From assembly GCA_963628435.1 (NCBI GenBank), contig CAVGEY010000002.1, positions 73,878 through 137,877 on the forward strand: 64,000 nucleotides of DNA. The letters are read 5' to 3'. Shown here one piece after another: positions 9,560 to 19,332 of the stretch; position 1 is the first letter of the stretch; each line of letters starts with the position of its first letter. The DNA comes from a bacterium (GTDB taxonomy: Bacteria; Bacillota; Clostridia; Oscillospirales; CAG-272). The notes beneath the pieces are model-generated. The model saw only the letters and a program-made list of their open reading frames with translations. It was not told the DNA's origin and did no database searches. A program made the translations under genes and the position numbers.

Positions 9560-10501
9560 ATGACGGTTGATATATGCGAACCGGTCTTAGACAAAACCCC
9601 GCCGTGTGTTGTGGCACTCGGAAATTTCGACGGTGTTCATACTGCGCACCGCGAACTGCTGAAAAAAGCAGTTGAAACCGCGGAAGAGCTTACTCTCGAA
9701 AGAGGAGAAAAAGTAATTCCCGCGGCCTTCACATTCAAGCTGCTTAAACCGAATGTCGGATATATCACCGATTTCGATGAAAAGACAAAGCTTCTTCATG
9801 ACAGCGGCACAGATGTCTGCTATTTTTGCGATTTCGGCAAAATCAAGGATATGTCGCCCGAAGAATTTACCGAAAAAATACTTATATCGCGGGTTAATGC
9901 CGTAGGGGTTGTCTGCGGCTTTAATTTCAGATTCGGAAAGAATGCCGAAGGGGACGCCGCGATGCTGAGTGAAATTCTGTCACGGAAATACGGCATAACT
10001 CTGTCGGTAATAGAGCAGATAAAGTGCGGCGGCATCACGGTTTCATCGACCGAGATACGCAAAGCGATTTCGGGCGGAGATTTCGGGCTTGTGAAAACAA
10101 TGCTCGGCAGAGAATACGAAATTTCGGGCATTGTTGAACACGGGAGAGAGGTCGGCAGAAAAATGGACTGCCCTACCCTGAACATTCCGGTCGACATTCA
10201 CCGCGCTCTGCCGCATTACGGAGTTTACTTTTCGCGTTGTCTGTTTGACGGGAAATCGGTTCCGTCGATTTGCAACATAGGAGTGCGCCCGACATTCGAC
10301 AGTTCTTTCGGTGAAAGCAGACCGCTGTGTGAGATACACCTTCTCCGCGGATCCGACCGAATGCCGAAGGCGGGAGACCGCATTTCGGTAATTCCGGACA
10401 GGTTCTGCCGTCCCGAGATAAAATTCGACAGCCCGTCGGCACTTTACAGACAGATTGAGAAAGATACGGCCGATGCGGTTTCTTTTTACGCTTTACGGTG
10501 A
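9560..10501 (+). CDS. ribF: Bifunctional riboflavin kinase / FMN adenylyltransferase
   Basis: VVALGNFDGVHTAHRELL adenylyltransferase motif and a C-terminal riboflavin kinase domain (GRKMDCPTLNI...GVYF). Confidence 0.9.
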   Translation: MTVDICEPVLDKTPPCVVALGNFDGVHTAHRELLKKAVETAEELTLERGEKVIPAAFTFKLLKPNVGYITDFDEKTKLLHDSGTDVCYFCDFGKIKDMSPEEFTEKILISRVNAVGVVCGFNFRFGKNAEGDAAMLSEILSRKYGITLSVIEQIKCGGITVSSTEIRKAISGGDFGLVKTMLGREYEISGIVEHGREVGRKMDCPTLNIPVDIHRALPHYGVYFSRCLFDGKSVPSICNIGVRPTFDSSFGESRPLCEIHLLRGSDRMPKAGDRISVIPDRFCRPEIKFDSPSALYRQIEKDTADAVSFYALR

Positions 10502-10532
10502 TTTTTACGACTGCTTTTGGGAGTAAAGCAAA

Positions 10533-11897
10533 ATGATTGTTTACCTGCGAAAAAAAAGAAAAAGATTTTTTACGGTTTCGACAGACCTGCTGTCTTTTTT
10601 TCTGATTATATGTCTGCTTATCCCGATTATGTCTGTTTTCTCGACCGCCTCCCCCGCCGAAACTTCATCGGGTGCCGAATCGGCGGAATCGGTGACCGAC
10701 GGTGCGTCAATCATATATCTTTACTGTCCTCAATCGGACATTGTTCTTTACAGCAAGGGCGGCGATGAAATTTTCCATCCCTATGCGGTTGCGAAAATCA
10801 TGACGCTGCTTGTCGCCGCCGACTATATCCCGGACTGGGACGAAACCTTCACCGTCGAGGAAGGCATGACCGAAAAATTTTCAAACGGTTACGGCATAAG
10901 CGAGGGCGACTGCATAAGCTATAAAGATCTTGCCGTTCTTATTCTTTTCCGCGGATTTGACGATGCGGCAACCGTAATTGCGAGAAAAACAGCGGGAAGC
11001 GACGAAAAATTCGTCGAGCTTATGAACGAAAAGGCCGAAAGTCTCGGAACATCCTCGACCGAATTCAAAAATCCGACCGGACGCGGCGACAAAGGAAGTA
11101 CGACCGCAGGAGACAGCGCGCTTATCGCCGCCGAATTCTGCAAAAATGACATACTTATGAACATTGCGGGTTCTGGTGTCGTCAGCTGCCGATCTCTCGG
11201 TCAGAAGAAAATATACAACAGAAATTTTTATTTCAGCGGTTATTATAACGCAACCGGAAAAAGCTATATAAGCGAAAGAGCCGACGGAATTATCGCAGGA
11301 AGCGTTCTTGATCCCGAAATGCTTATATCATCGGCGACAATAGAAAACTATACCTACATCACGATTGTTATGGATGCGAAAAAGGCCGATGGCTTTTCCT
11401 ATCCTTATGAAATAACAAACAAGCTGCTCGGAAAATATGCGGGTACATTCGGCTATGTCAGCGTACTGACGAAAAGCGATCCTATATGCGAAATACCGGT
11501 TAATATGGGTGACGGGCATGACAGCGTGGTTCTCTCACCCGATCGTGATTTTTACTTCTATGTTATGAACGACTCGGATGTTAAAAAAGAGTTTTCGTAC
11601 GAATACACGCTGGCATACGAATCACTTGACGCTCCGGTGGAATCGGGAACGGCGGTCGGACAGATAATTCTCTATCGAAACGGAGAAGAGGTCGGAAGAG
11701 CCGATCTCGTCACCCGCGCGAACATCTCAAAAAGCATGAGCGCGTACTATTATGACCGAACGAGAAAAATAATTACCGACAAATTCGTAATACGGCTGAT
11801 TGTCGTCATCGCGGCGGTGTTTGTAATCACGGTAATGGCGATTGCGATTATACGCGGTCAGATGCACAGATACAAAGAAAAAAACAAAAACGGATAA
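10533..11897 (+). CDS. D-alanyl-D-alanine carboxypeptidase (peptidase S11/PBP5)-like protein with degenerate catalytic motifs
   Basis: Membrane-anchored at both ends. It aligns by eye with the DacB/DacF core, but SxxK reads AVAK, SxN reads RGF and KTG reads IAG. Confidence 0.75.
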   Translation: MIVYLRKKRKRFFTVSTDLLSFFLIICLLIPIMSVFSTASPAETSSGAESAESVTDGASIIYLYCPQSDIVLYSKGGDEIFHPYAVAKIMTLLVAADYIPDWDETFTVEEGMTEKFSNGYGISEGDCISYKDLAVLILFRGFDDAATVIARKTAGSDEKFVELMNEKAESLGTSSTEFKNPTGRGDKGSTTAGDSALIAAEFCKNDILMNIAGSGVVSCRSLGQKKIYNRNFYFSGYYNATGKSYISERADGIIAGSVLDPEMLISSATIENYTYITIVMDAKKADGFSYPYEITNKLLGKYAGTFGYVSVLTKSDPICEIPVNMGDGHDSVVLSPDRDFYFYVMNDSDVKKEFSYEYTLAYESLDAPVESGTAVGQIILYRNGEEVGRADLVTRANISKSMSAYYYDRTRKIITDKFVIRLIVVIAAVFVITVMAIAIIRGQMHRYKEKNKNG

Positions 11898-11902
11898 AAC
11901 AG

Positions 11903-11934
11903 AAAAAAGGAGCCCCGCGGCTCCTTTTTCTTTC
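11903..11934 (+). terminator. Intrinsic terminator
   Basis: Stem GGAGCC / GGCTCC with a T-run. Confidence 0.75.
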
Positions 11935-11976
11935 AATTTTTTCAAAGACAATACGTAAAAGACAGGAGCAGTCAAA

Positions 11977-13740
11977 ATGGGAAAACTTACGATAAACGAC
12001 GGCAGGTTTTATATGGACGGCGAACCGTACACGGTCATATCGGGAGCGATGCACTATTTTCGCATACCGAGAGAATATTGGCGCGACCGCCTTTTGAAAC
12101 TCGCCGAATGCGGTTTTAACACGGTTGAAACATATACCTGCTGGAATCTGCACGAGAAAAACGAGGGTAAATTCGATTTTTCGGACAGACTTGATGTAAA
12201 AGCCTATATAGAGCTTGCGGGCGAACTCGGACTTAATGTCATACTGCGTCCGGGTCCGTACATCTGCGCCGAATGGGATTTCGGGGGACTTCCCGCCTGG
12301 CTGCTCGGATACGAAAACATACCGCTCCGCTGCTCGGACAACCGTTTTATGTCAAAATTCGGCAGATATCTGCGTGCTCTTCTGCCGCAGCTCGGCGAAC
12401 TGACCGCAGGTCACGGCGGAAACATCATAATGCTTCAGATTGAGAACGAATACGGAAGCTACGGAAACGACAAAGATTATCTGCGCGAAATTGCGAAAAT
12501 CTACCGTGACTGCGATATGGACTGTCTGTATTATACATCCGACGGCCCATGCGAACTGATGCTCGGCGGCGGAACACTTGACGAATATCTCTCGGTGGCG
12601 AATTTCGGTTCAAAGCCGAAAGAACACTTCAAAATCATGAAAACATTCCGTCCGAACGCGCCGCTTATGTGCGGCGAATACTGGTGCGGATGGTTTGATC
12701 ACTGGTTTGAGAAGCATCACACGCGCACCGCAGATGAAATAAGCGGCGAATTCCGTGATTTTTTTGACATCGGTGCGTCGGTCAACTTCTATATGTTCCA
12801 CGGCGGAACCAATTTCGGCTTTACAAACGGTGCGAATTACGATGATTTTTATCAGCCTACGGTGACAAGCTACGACTACAATGCCCTGCTTACCGAAGCA
12901 GGCGACAGAACAGAGGCATATTACAAAATCCGCGACATTATAAAAGAGAAAACCGGGCGCAGTCTTCCGCTGACGGCGTGTGAAACACCGAAACACGCAT
13001 ACGGAAAGCTGAAGCTGACCGAAAAAGCAAATCTGTTTGAAAATATCGACAGAATTTCGTCCCCGTGCAAAACCGCCGCTCCCGAATTTATGGAGGAGCT
13101 CGGACAATCTTTCGGATATATGCTCTACCGAACCGAGGTAAACGGCTCGGAGGGTATCAAGACTCTGATAATCGAAAAAGTCCGCGACCGTGCGCAGATT
13201 TTCGTTGACGGTGAGCTTCGCTCGGTATATGACCGCGCGAAGCCCGCACCCGACAATGAGAGAGTGAAAATCGGGGGCTGCTGCGGCAAAAAGATCAGAC
13301 TCGACATTCTCGTCGAAAATATGGGACGCGTGAATTACGGGCCGAAACTGCGCGACCGCAAGGGAATTTCGGGTGTGCGCTTTGATTATCAATATCATTT
13401 CGGCTGGGAGCAGTATCCACTTCCGATGGACAATCTTTCGGAGCTTGAATTTTCTCCGATTGCCGAAGGCAGCATATCGGGACCGACTTTTCTGAGAGGA
13501 AAACTCTTTATTTCGGGAGCTCCGTGCGACACTTTTGTAAGACTTGACGGGTTCACCAAAGGGTTTGTTGTTGTAAACGGCAACAATCTCGGAAGATATT
13601 ATAATCCCGCAGGGCCGCAGAAAACGCTTTATCTGCCCGCGCCGTTTCTTAAAGAGGGAGAAAACGAAATAATCGTCTTTGAATCGGACAAAACCGACTC
13701 GGCATACATCGGATTTACCGACACGCCCGATCTCGGGTAA
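11977..13740 (+). CDS. Beta-galactosidase, GH35 family
   Basis: SGAMHYFRIPREYWRDRLLKLAECGFNTVETY, ICAEWDFGGLPAWL, QIENEYG (catalytic acid/base region). Confidence 0.9.
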   Translation: MGKLTINDGRFYMDGEPYTVISGAMHYFRIPREYWRDRLLKLAECGFNTVETYTCWNLHEKNEGKFDFSDRLDVKAYIELAGELGLNVILRPGPYICAEWDFGGLPAWLLGYENIPLRCSDNRFMSKFGRYLRALLPQLGELTAGHGGNIIMLQIENEYGSYGNDKDYLREIAKIYRDCDMDCLYYTSDGPCELMLGGGTLDEYLSVANFGSKPKEHFKIMKTFRPNAPLMCGEYWCGWFDHWFEKHHTRTADEISGEFRDFFDIGASVNFYMFHGGTNFGFTNGANYDDFYQPTVTSYDYNALLTEAGDRTEAYYKIRDIIKEKTGRSLPLTACETPKHAYGKLKLTEKANLFENIDRISSPCKTAAPEFMEELGQSFGYMLYRTEVNGSEGIKTLIIEKVRDRAQIFVDGELRSVYDRAKPAPDNERVKIGGCCGKKIRLDILVENMGRVNYGPKLRDRKGISGVRFDYQYHFGWEQYPLPMDNLSELEFSPIAEGSISGPTFLRGKLFISGAPCDTFVRLDGFTKGFVVVNGNNLGRYYNPAGPQKTLYLPAPFLKEGENEIIVFESDKTDSAYIGFTDTPDLG

Positions 13741-13750
13741 CGATGAAAAA

Positions 13751-13784
13751 CCGGAGGCCGCTTAATGCGTCCTCCGATTTTTTA
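13751..13784. terminator. Bidirectional hairpin between GH35 and rsgA
   Basis: Stem CGGAGG / CCTCCG with flanking A- and T-runs. It overlaps the rsgA stop. Confidence 0.6.
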
Positions 13785-14693
13785 TTTCGGATGTTTCTTA
13801 TCCCATTCGTGTTTATCTTTCAATACGAGATACAAATCGGTATAACTTTTATGTCGTTCGGGCGCGATTATGCCGTCATCAACGGCTCCGAGTATCGCGC
13901 ATCCCTCCTCTTTGGTATGAGTGCATTTCCGATATCTGCAGCCCCCGAGATACGGAAGAAATTCGGGGAAAGCGGACGGAAGATCCTCTTTTGACATAAA
14001 ATCAAACTGCTTAAAATCAAGCATCGTAAATCCCGGCGTATCGGCAATATAGCCGCCCCCTTTTGCGAACAGTTCCACCTTTCGTGTCGTATGGCGTCCG
14101 CGTTCGGTTCTTTCGCTGACACTGCCGGTTACAAGCGACAAATCGGGAAACAGTGCATTCAGCAGGGTTGATTTGCCGACACCCGACGCGCCCGCAAATG
14201 CCGCGATGCGTTTTTCGGATCTCGTCAGAATAAAGTCGCGCAGATTGTCTATGCCGTCTCCCGATACAGAGTCGGTTACAAAAAGACGCATACCGCTTTT
14301 TTTGTAAATTTCGCATATTCTTTCGGTGCTTTTTTCATCAAGTCTGCATTTGCCGATCACACAGCAGACGTCAATTTTATTATGCACGGCAATCGCCGTC
14401 AGCTTGTCTACTGTCGGAAGGTCGGGAGAGGGAGAGGCAGAGGGGATAACCACAAACAAATCATCGAGATTCGCCATGGCGGGCCGTATAAGAAGATTTT
14501 TTCTCGGCAGAATTTCTTTTATCACATTTTCGCCCTGCTCTGCCGTCTCGACAATTACAAGGTCGCCGACCTGCGGAGATTCGTTCCCGTGTCGGAATTT
14601 TCCGCGCGCACGGCACTCTATGACTTTATCCGGGCTGTCGACAAAATAAAGTCCGCCGACTCCCTTAATTATCCTGCCCTCTGTTTCGGCCAT
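13782..14693 (-). CDS. rsgA: Ribosome small-subunit-dependent GTPase A
   Basis: N-terminal OB-fold pattern, circularly permuted GTPase (NKIDV...GASGVGKSTLLNAL), C-terminal Zn cluster CRYRKCTHTKEEGC. Confidence 0.9.
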   Translation of the reverse strand: MAETEGRIIKGVGGLYFVDSPDKVIECRARGKFRHGNESPQVGDLVIVETAEQGENVIKEILPRKNLLIRPAMANLDDLFVVIPSASPSPDLPTVDKLTAIAVHNKIDVCCVIGKCRLDEKSTERICEIYKKSGMRLFVTDSVSGDGIDNLRDFILTRSEKRIAAFAGASGVGKSTLLNALFPDLSLVTGSVSERTERGRHTTRKVELFAKGGGYIADTPGFTMLDFKQFDFMSKEDLPSAFPEFLPYLGGCRYRKCTHTKEEGCAILGAVDDGIIAPERHKSYTDLYLVLKDKHEWDKKHPK

Positions 14694-14858
14694 CTGTTCT
14701 ACCTGTCCTTCGGTTAATATGTTTATCTTCTATATCGGTTTATTATAATATTTTTTTTCGGTGTTTTCAAGAAATTTCGAAAAAAAAGCAAAAAAAGCTT
14801 GAAAAGAGCCGCAAATATTGTATAATAGTTATGAGAAAATTACGCGGAGGATATCGGT

Positions 14859-16034
14859 ATGGCGCTGTCGGCAGAAGATTATCGTAAAATATCGGATGCC
14901 GTTCACGGCATGACCGACAATCGGGACGAACTCATAAAAATCACATTCAGCAAACCGCATGACAGGAATATTCTGCGTGCGCGCGCAAGAACGGTTGACA
15001 AGGCAGACGGCAAAAGGTTTCTGCAGATTGAAACGTTTACCGCCGACAACAAGGTAAATCACCGAAATATCGAATCTTCGGACATTGCCGATGCAGTTAC
15101 CGAAGCGGCGGCAAACGAATTCGGGCAGACAAACATAGTCTGCGCCGCCGGAGAATTGCAGATTCGTTTTTCATCTAAAGGCAAACTGCTGATCACAAAA
15201 TCCAAAACAAGCGGAAAAATACCGACGGTCGCCGCCGCACATGACAGAGAGAAAAAATATATAATAGATTCGGCGAAATATTCGGACTTTCTCTCGATTC
15301 TCGGTGTCTGCGACAAAGACGGCAACGTTTTCGACAAAAAAAGGTCAAAATACCGTCAGCTCAACCGATTTGTCGAGCTTCTCGACGATGTTTACGGCAA
15401 ACTTCCGCAAAACGGCAGGCTGACCGTCTGCGATCTCTGCTGCGGCAAAAGTTATCTTACGTTTGCCGTCTACCTCTATCTTGAAAAGGTAAAAGGCAGA
15501 GAGGTTACAATGTACGGCGTCGATCTCAAATCGGACGTGATTTCATACTGTGCGGATGCCGCCGAAAAGCTCGGACTCGGCGATCTGCATTTTATCTGCG
15601 GCGACATAGCCGATTTCGATCCGATGGCGGATGTCGATCTTGTAATCTCGCTTCACGCCTGCGATATCGCAACCGATATCGTACTTGCCTATGCGGTAAA
15701 ACACAAGGCAAAGCTGATACTGTCGACACCGTGCTGTCATCACGAAATGTTCCATCAGCTCGGAGATACACCGCTTTCGCCGATTATGAAACATTCGATA
15801 CTGAAACAGAAATTCGCCGACGCGCTCACCGACTCGATGCGCACGCTTATGCTCGAAGCCAGAGGATATAAAGCCGAGGCGATCGAGCTGATAGATCCGG
15901 ACGAAACTCCGAAGAACGTCATGATACGCGCCGTCTATACCGGCAGAGAAAGCAAAGAGGCGGCGGAGGAATACCGAAAAACAGCCGAGTTTTTCGGCGT
16001 GAATCCGATGCTCGAAAAACTGCTGTCCGATTAG
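14859..16034 (+). CDS. SAM-dependent methyltransferase (Methyltransf_32-like)
   Basis: VCDLCCGKSYLT SAM-binding motif, GGAGGA RBS, extended -10 promoter upstream. Confidence 0.7.
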   Translation: MALSAEDYRKISDAVHGMTDNRDELIKITFSKPHDRNILRARARTVDKADGKRFLQIETFTADNKVNHRNIESSDIADAVTEAAANEFGQTNIVCAAGELQIRFSSKGKLLITKSKTSGKIPTVAAAHDREKKYIIDSAKYSDFLSILGVCDKDGNVFDKKRSKYRQLNRFVELLDDVYGKLPQNGRLTVCDLCCGKSYLTFAVYLYLEKVKGREVTMYGVDLKSDVISYCADAAEKLGLGDLHFICGDIADFDPMADVDLVISLHACDIATDIVLAYAVKHKAKLILSTPCCHHEMFHQLGDTPLSPIMKHSILKQKFADALTDSMRTLMLEARGYKAEAIELIDPDETPKNVMIRAVYTGRESKEAAEEYRKTAEFFGVNPMLEKLLSD

Positions 16035-16102
16035 TCGGTTTACACGGAAATTATGCGGCATCTGCCGTTAAAATATTTTTTCATCGAAAGAGAGGAAAAA
16101 CA

Positions 16103-17194
16103 ATGGAAAAGGTCAGAATAGGAATTATCGGATGCGGAGGAATTGCCAACGGCAAGCACATGCCTTCCCTTCACAAACTTGACAATGTCGAAATGGTCGC
16201 ATTCTGCGATATTATCGAAGAGAGAGCCGTTGCCGCAAAACAGAAATACGGCACACCCGATGCGAAAGTTTATACAAATTACAAGGAACTGCTCGAGGAC
16301 AAATCGATAAATGTTGTCCATGTATGCACCCCGAACCGTTCGCACAGCTTTATAACGGTTGACGCGCTCGAAGCAGGCAAAGACGTTATGTGTGAAAAGC
16401 CGATGGCAATCAACTCCGCCGAGGCAAAAAAGATGGTCGATGCGGCAAAACGCACGGGCAGACTGCTCACGATAGGCTATCAGAACCGTCAGAGAGCCGA
16501 CTCGCAATATCTGAAGCACGAGGTCGAGGAAGGCACGCTCGGCAACATCTACTACGCGAAAGCAACAGCCATAAGACGCCGTCAGGTACCGACATGGGGC
16601 GTTTTCCTGAATGAATACGAGCAGGGCGGCGGATCGCTTATCGATATCGGCACGCACGCGCTTGACCTTACCCTTTGGACGATGAACAACTATAAACCCA
16701 AAATGTGCATAGGAACAACCTATCACGAACTCGGCAAACTGCCGGTTGACCTTCAGGGCAACGGATGGGGCCCGTGGGATCCCGACAAGATGACCGTCGA
16801 AGATTCGGCATTCGGACTTGTCGTTATGGAAAACGGCGCGACCGTTCTCCTTGAGTCGTCATGGGCACTGAACTACGCAAATCCCATCGAGGCGGTCACC
16901 ACTCTCTGCGGCACGCTCGGCGGCGCGGATATGAACGACGGACTCCGCTTCAACGGTGTCAGGAACGGCAGACTGTTCCTTAACAAAGTCGATATGACAA
17001 CCGGCGGCGCGGCATTCTATGAGGGCCACGCGAACGAAGAGCCGCAGGTTCTCGAAGCAAGACAGTGGATAAACGCGGTTATCAACCGTACAAATCCCTG
17101 CGTTCTGCCCGAACAGGCATACTGCGTAACGAGAATTCTCGAAGGAATTTACGTATCTTCGCAGACCGGCAAGGCATTCTATTTCGATAACTGA
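16103..17194 (+). CDS. Gfo/Idh/MocA-family oxidoreductase
   Basis: N-terminal Rossmann motif RIGIIGCGGIANGKH and the EKPMA motif. Confidence 0.85.
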   Translation: MEKVRIGIIGCGGIANGKHMPSLHKLDNVEMVAFCDIIEERAVAAKQKYGTPDAKVYTNYKELLEDKSINVVHVCTPNRSHSFITVDALEAGKDVMCEKPMAINSAEAKKMVDAAKRTGRLLTIGYQNRQRADSQYLKHEVEEGTLGNIYYAKATAIRRRQVPTWGVFLNEYEQGGGSLIDIGTHALDLTLWTMNNYKPKMCIGTTYHELGKLPVDLQGNGWGPWDPDKMTVEDSAFGLVVMENGATVLLESSWALNYANPIEAVTTLCGTLGGADMNDGLRFNGVRNGRLFLNKVDMTTGGAAFYEGHANEEPQVLEARQWINAVINRTNPCVLPEQAYCVTRILEGIYVSSQTGKAFYFDN

Positions 17195-17333
17195 TAAATC
17201 GGACATAAGCAAATCACCGAGCCGTTTGGCCCGGTGATTTTTGGTTATCGGAATATTATTTTCTTTTTTGCATTTTCATATTCCCGCCATTGCCGTATAC
17301 CTTCCCGTAAATTTTTTTCGATTATTTTACAAC

Positions 17334-17376
17334 AAAAAACACGGTGAAGTCCGAATACGGACATCACCGTGTTTTT
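17334..17376. terminator. Bidirectional intrinsic terminator
   Basis: 15-bp stem ACACGGTGAAGTCCG / CGGACATCACCGTGT with A/T-runs. A second hairpin lies at 17212-17243. Confidence 0.8.
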
Positions 17377-17398
17377 ATCATATTTTATTTAAGCAAAA

Positions 17399-18055
17399 TC
17401 AGCCGAATCTTACGCAGAAGGCAAAAACAATCTGCAAAAGAAGCAGTGCGGGTACGGTTATATAAAATTTGGCGTGGCGCACCTTATGTCTGAATATCAA
17501 CATTCCGAGCAGCGCGCCGAGTCCGCCGCCGAGAGCGGTAACCGCAAGCAGCCAGACTTCGGGGATACGGCTTTTTTTCTTGACGGCGCAAATCTTATCA
17601 ATCATATACATAAAGAATGCGGCAAGGTCGGCGATGATAAACCACCACATAATGACTTTTATATAGCGTCCGAACAGTTTTGACTGGAAGTGAGAGACGG
17701 CTCCGAGAGAACCCCACATTCCCGTGAAATATACCGCCGGTGTTTTCTCGGCATATATGATGCAGAGCACCGCCGCCGCAAGCTGCAGCAGCACAAGCAG
17801 TGTATAAAGAAGTCCGCGAAGAAACTGCTTATTTCTCTGATGAAAAATTATATGACCGACAAGCGCGCCGAGTGCGCCTCCGAGAAGAGCTATAACAAGG
17901 AAAATCGCAAAAGGATACCTTTGTTTGCTGTGGGCAACGCGATTTTCATCTTCTCCGCAGAGAACAAAAGCAAGTGCGTTCGCGAAAATCAGCCACAGCA
18001 GAACGGCGAGCAGATTCTCGCCCAAAAAACTTCCGACAACAGTGAAAATTTTCAT
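17399..18055 (-). CDS. Membrane protein with two DUF1294-like repeats
   Basis: The second half, KKKSRIPEVWLLAVTALGGGLGALLGMLIFRHKVRHAKF, matches the DUF1294 pattern. The first half is a diverged copy (QRYPFAIFLVIALLGGALGALVGHIIFHQRNKQF). Confidence 0.7.
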   Translation of the reverse strand: MKIFTVVGSFLGENLLAVLLWLIFANALAFVLCGEDENRVAHSKQRYPFAIFLVIALLGGALGALVGHIIFHQRNKQFLRGLLYTLLVLLQLAAAVLCIIYAEKTPAVYFTGMWGSLGAVSHFQSKLFGRYIKVIMWWFIIADLAAFFMYMIDKICAVKKKSRIPEVWLLAVTALGGGLGALLGMLIFRHKVRHAKFYITVPALLLLQIVFAFCVRFG

Positions 18056-18076
18056 GCGGCATTGCTCCTTTTTATT

Positions 18077-19096
18077 TTATCTTTTCGGTATAACGAATCC
18101 GAGCTTTTTATAAACTTTATTGACCGTTTTCTGCGCACGGTAGGTTGACGCTTCGGCTCCGGCTTTCATTATCGATTCAAGATAGGGTTTATCGGCCATA
18201 AGGCGTGCATATTCCTCCTGAATCGGGCCGAGCGCATCGGCGACCGTTTCACCGACCGCGAGTTTGAATTCGCCGTAGCCCTTTCCCGAAAATTCGGATT
18301 CGATTTCGGCATGGCTTTTTCCGGTGAAGCAGGAATAAATGTTCATAAGATTATTTATTCCGTCCTTGCCGTCGGCATAGCGCACAACCGTTTCGGAATC
18401 GGTAACCGCGCGTTTGAATTTACGGATAATATCATCTTTTTTATCGAGTATCGCCACATAGCCGTTGATATTCTCATCCGACTTGCTCATCTTCTTTGTC
18501 GGATCGCCGAGCGACATGATTTTGGCCGAGGTTTTCGGAATAAATCCTTCGGGAATGGTGAATGTGTCGCCGTAGACCTGATTGAATCTGCCCGCAATAT
18601 CGCGTGTAAGCTCGATATGCTGTTTTTGGTCGATACCGACCGGAACAAGATCGGTCTGATAAAGAAGAATATCGGCCGCCATGAGTACGGGATAGGTAAA
18701 CAGTCCCGCGTTGACATCGTCCGAATGTTTTGCGGCTTTATCCTTGAACTGAGTCATACGCGACAGCTCGCCGAACTGCGTGAAACAGTTCAGCGCCCAG
18801 CTCAGCTGCGAATGGCATGGGTTGTGCGACTGAACGAACAATGTGCATTTTTCGGGCGAAATTCCCGATGCTATATAAATTGCGAGTGTTTCGTATGTAC
18901 GGCGGCGCAGGTCCGCGGGATTCTGTCTGACGGTAATCGCGTGCTGATCGACGACGCAGTAAATGCAGTCATACTCGTCTACAAGTCCTACCCAGTTGCG
19001 GATTGCTCCGATATAGTTTCCGATTGTCAGGAGACCGCTCGGCTGAACGCCCGAGAAAATCACCTTTTTTTCTGTGTTTTGCGTTTTTTCTTCCAT
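18077..19096 (-). CDS. trpS: Tryptophan--tRNA ligase
   Basis: SGVQPSGLLTIGNYIG (HIGH-type region), KMSKS, overall TrpRS length. Confidence 0.92.
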   Translation of the reverse strand: MEEKTQNTEKKVIFSGVQPSGLLTIGNYIGAIRNWVGLVDEYDCIYCVVDQHAITVRQNPADLRRRTYETLAIYIASGISPEKCTLFVQSHNPCHSQLSWALNCFTQFGELSRMTQFKDKAAKHSDDVNAGLFTYPVLMAADILLYQTDLVPVGIDQKQHIELTRDIAGRFNQVYGDTFTIPEGFIPKTSAKIMSLGDPTKKMSKSDENINGYVAILDKKDDIIRKFKRAVTDSETVVRYADGKDGINNLMNIYSCFTGKSHAEIESEFSGKGYGEFKLAVGETVADALGPIQEEYARLMADKPYLESIMKAGAEASTYRAQKTVNKVYKKLGFVIPKR

Positions 19097-19158
19097 AATA
19101 TACAGTCAACCTCCGAGGCATTTACAGATTAAATAATTTCCGCAAATCCGTTTGCTTT

Positions 19159-19187
19159 ATTTTATCATGTGTATGCCGAAAAGTCAA
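19159..19187 (-). promoter_or_regulatory. Sigma-A promoter for trpS
   Basis: Minus strand: TTGACT, 17 nt, TAAAAT. The leader is only about 60 nt. Confidence 0.6.
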
Positions 19188-19332
19188 GTTTTTTTGCTTT
19201 TTCGGCATTATTCGGATTCGGTAAATATTCAAAAAAGTTTTACACCGCCGATACCGAACGGCAAACAAATCTATTGCATATTCGGGAAAAATATGTTAAA
19301 ATATCCGACAGATAGTCGAGGTGATATGTTAA

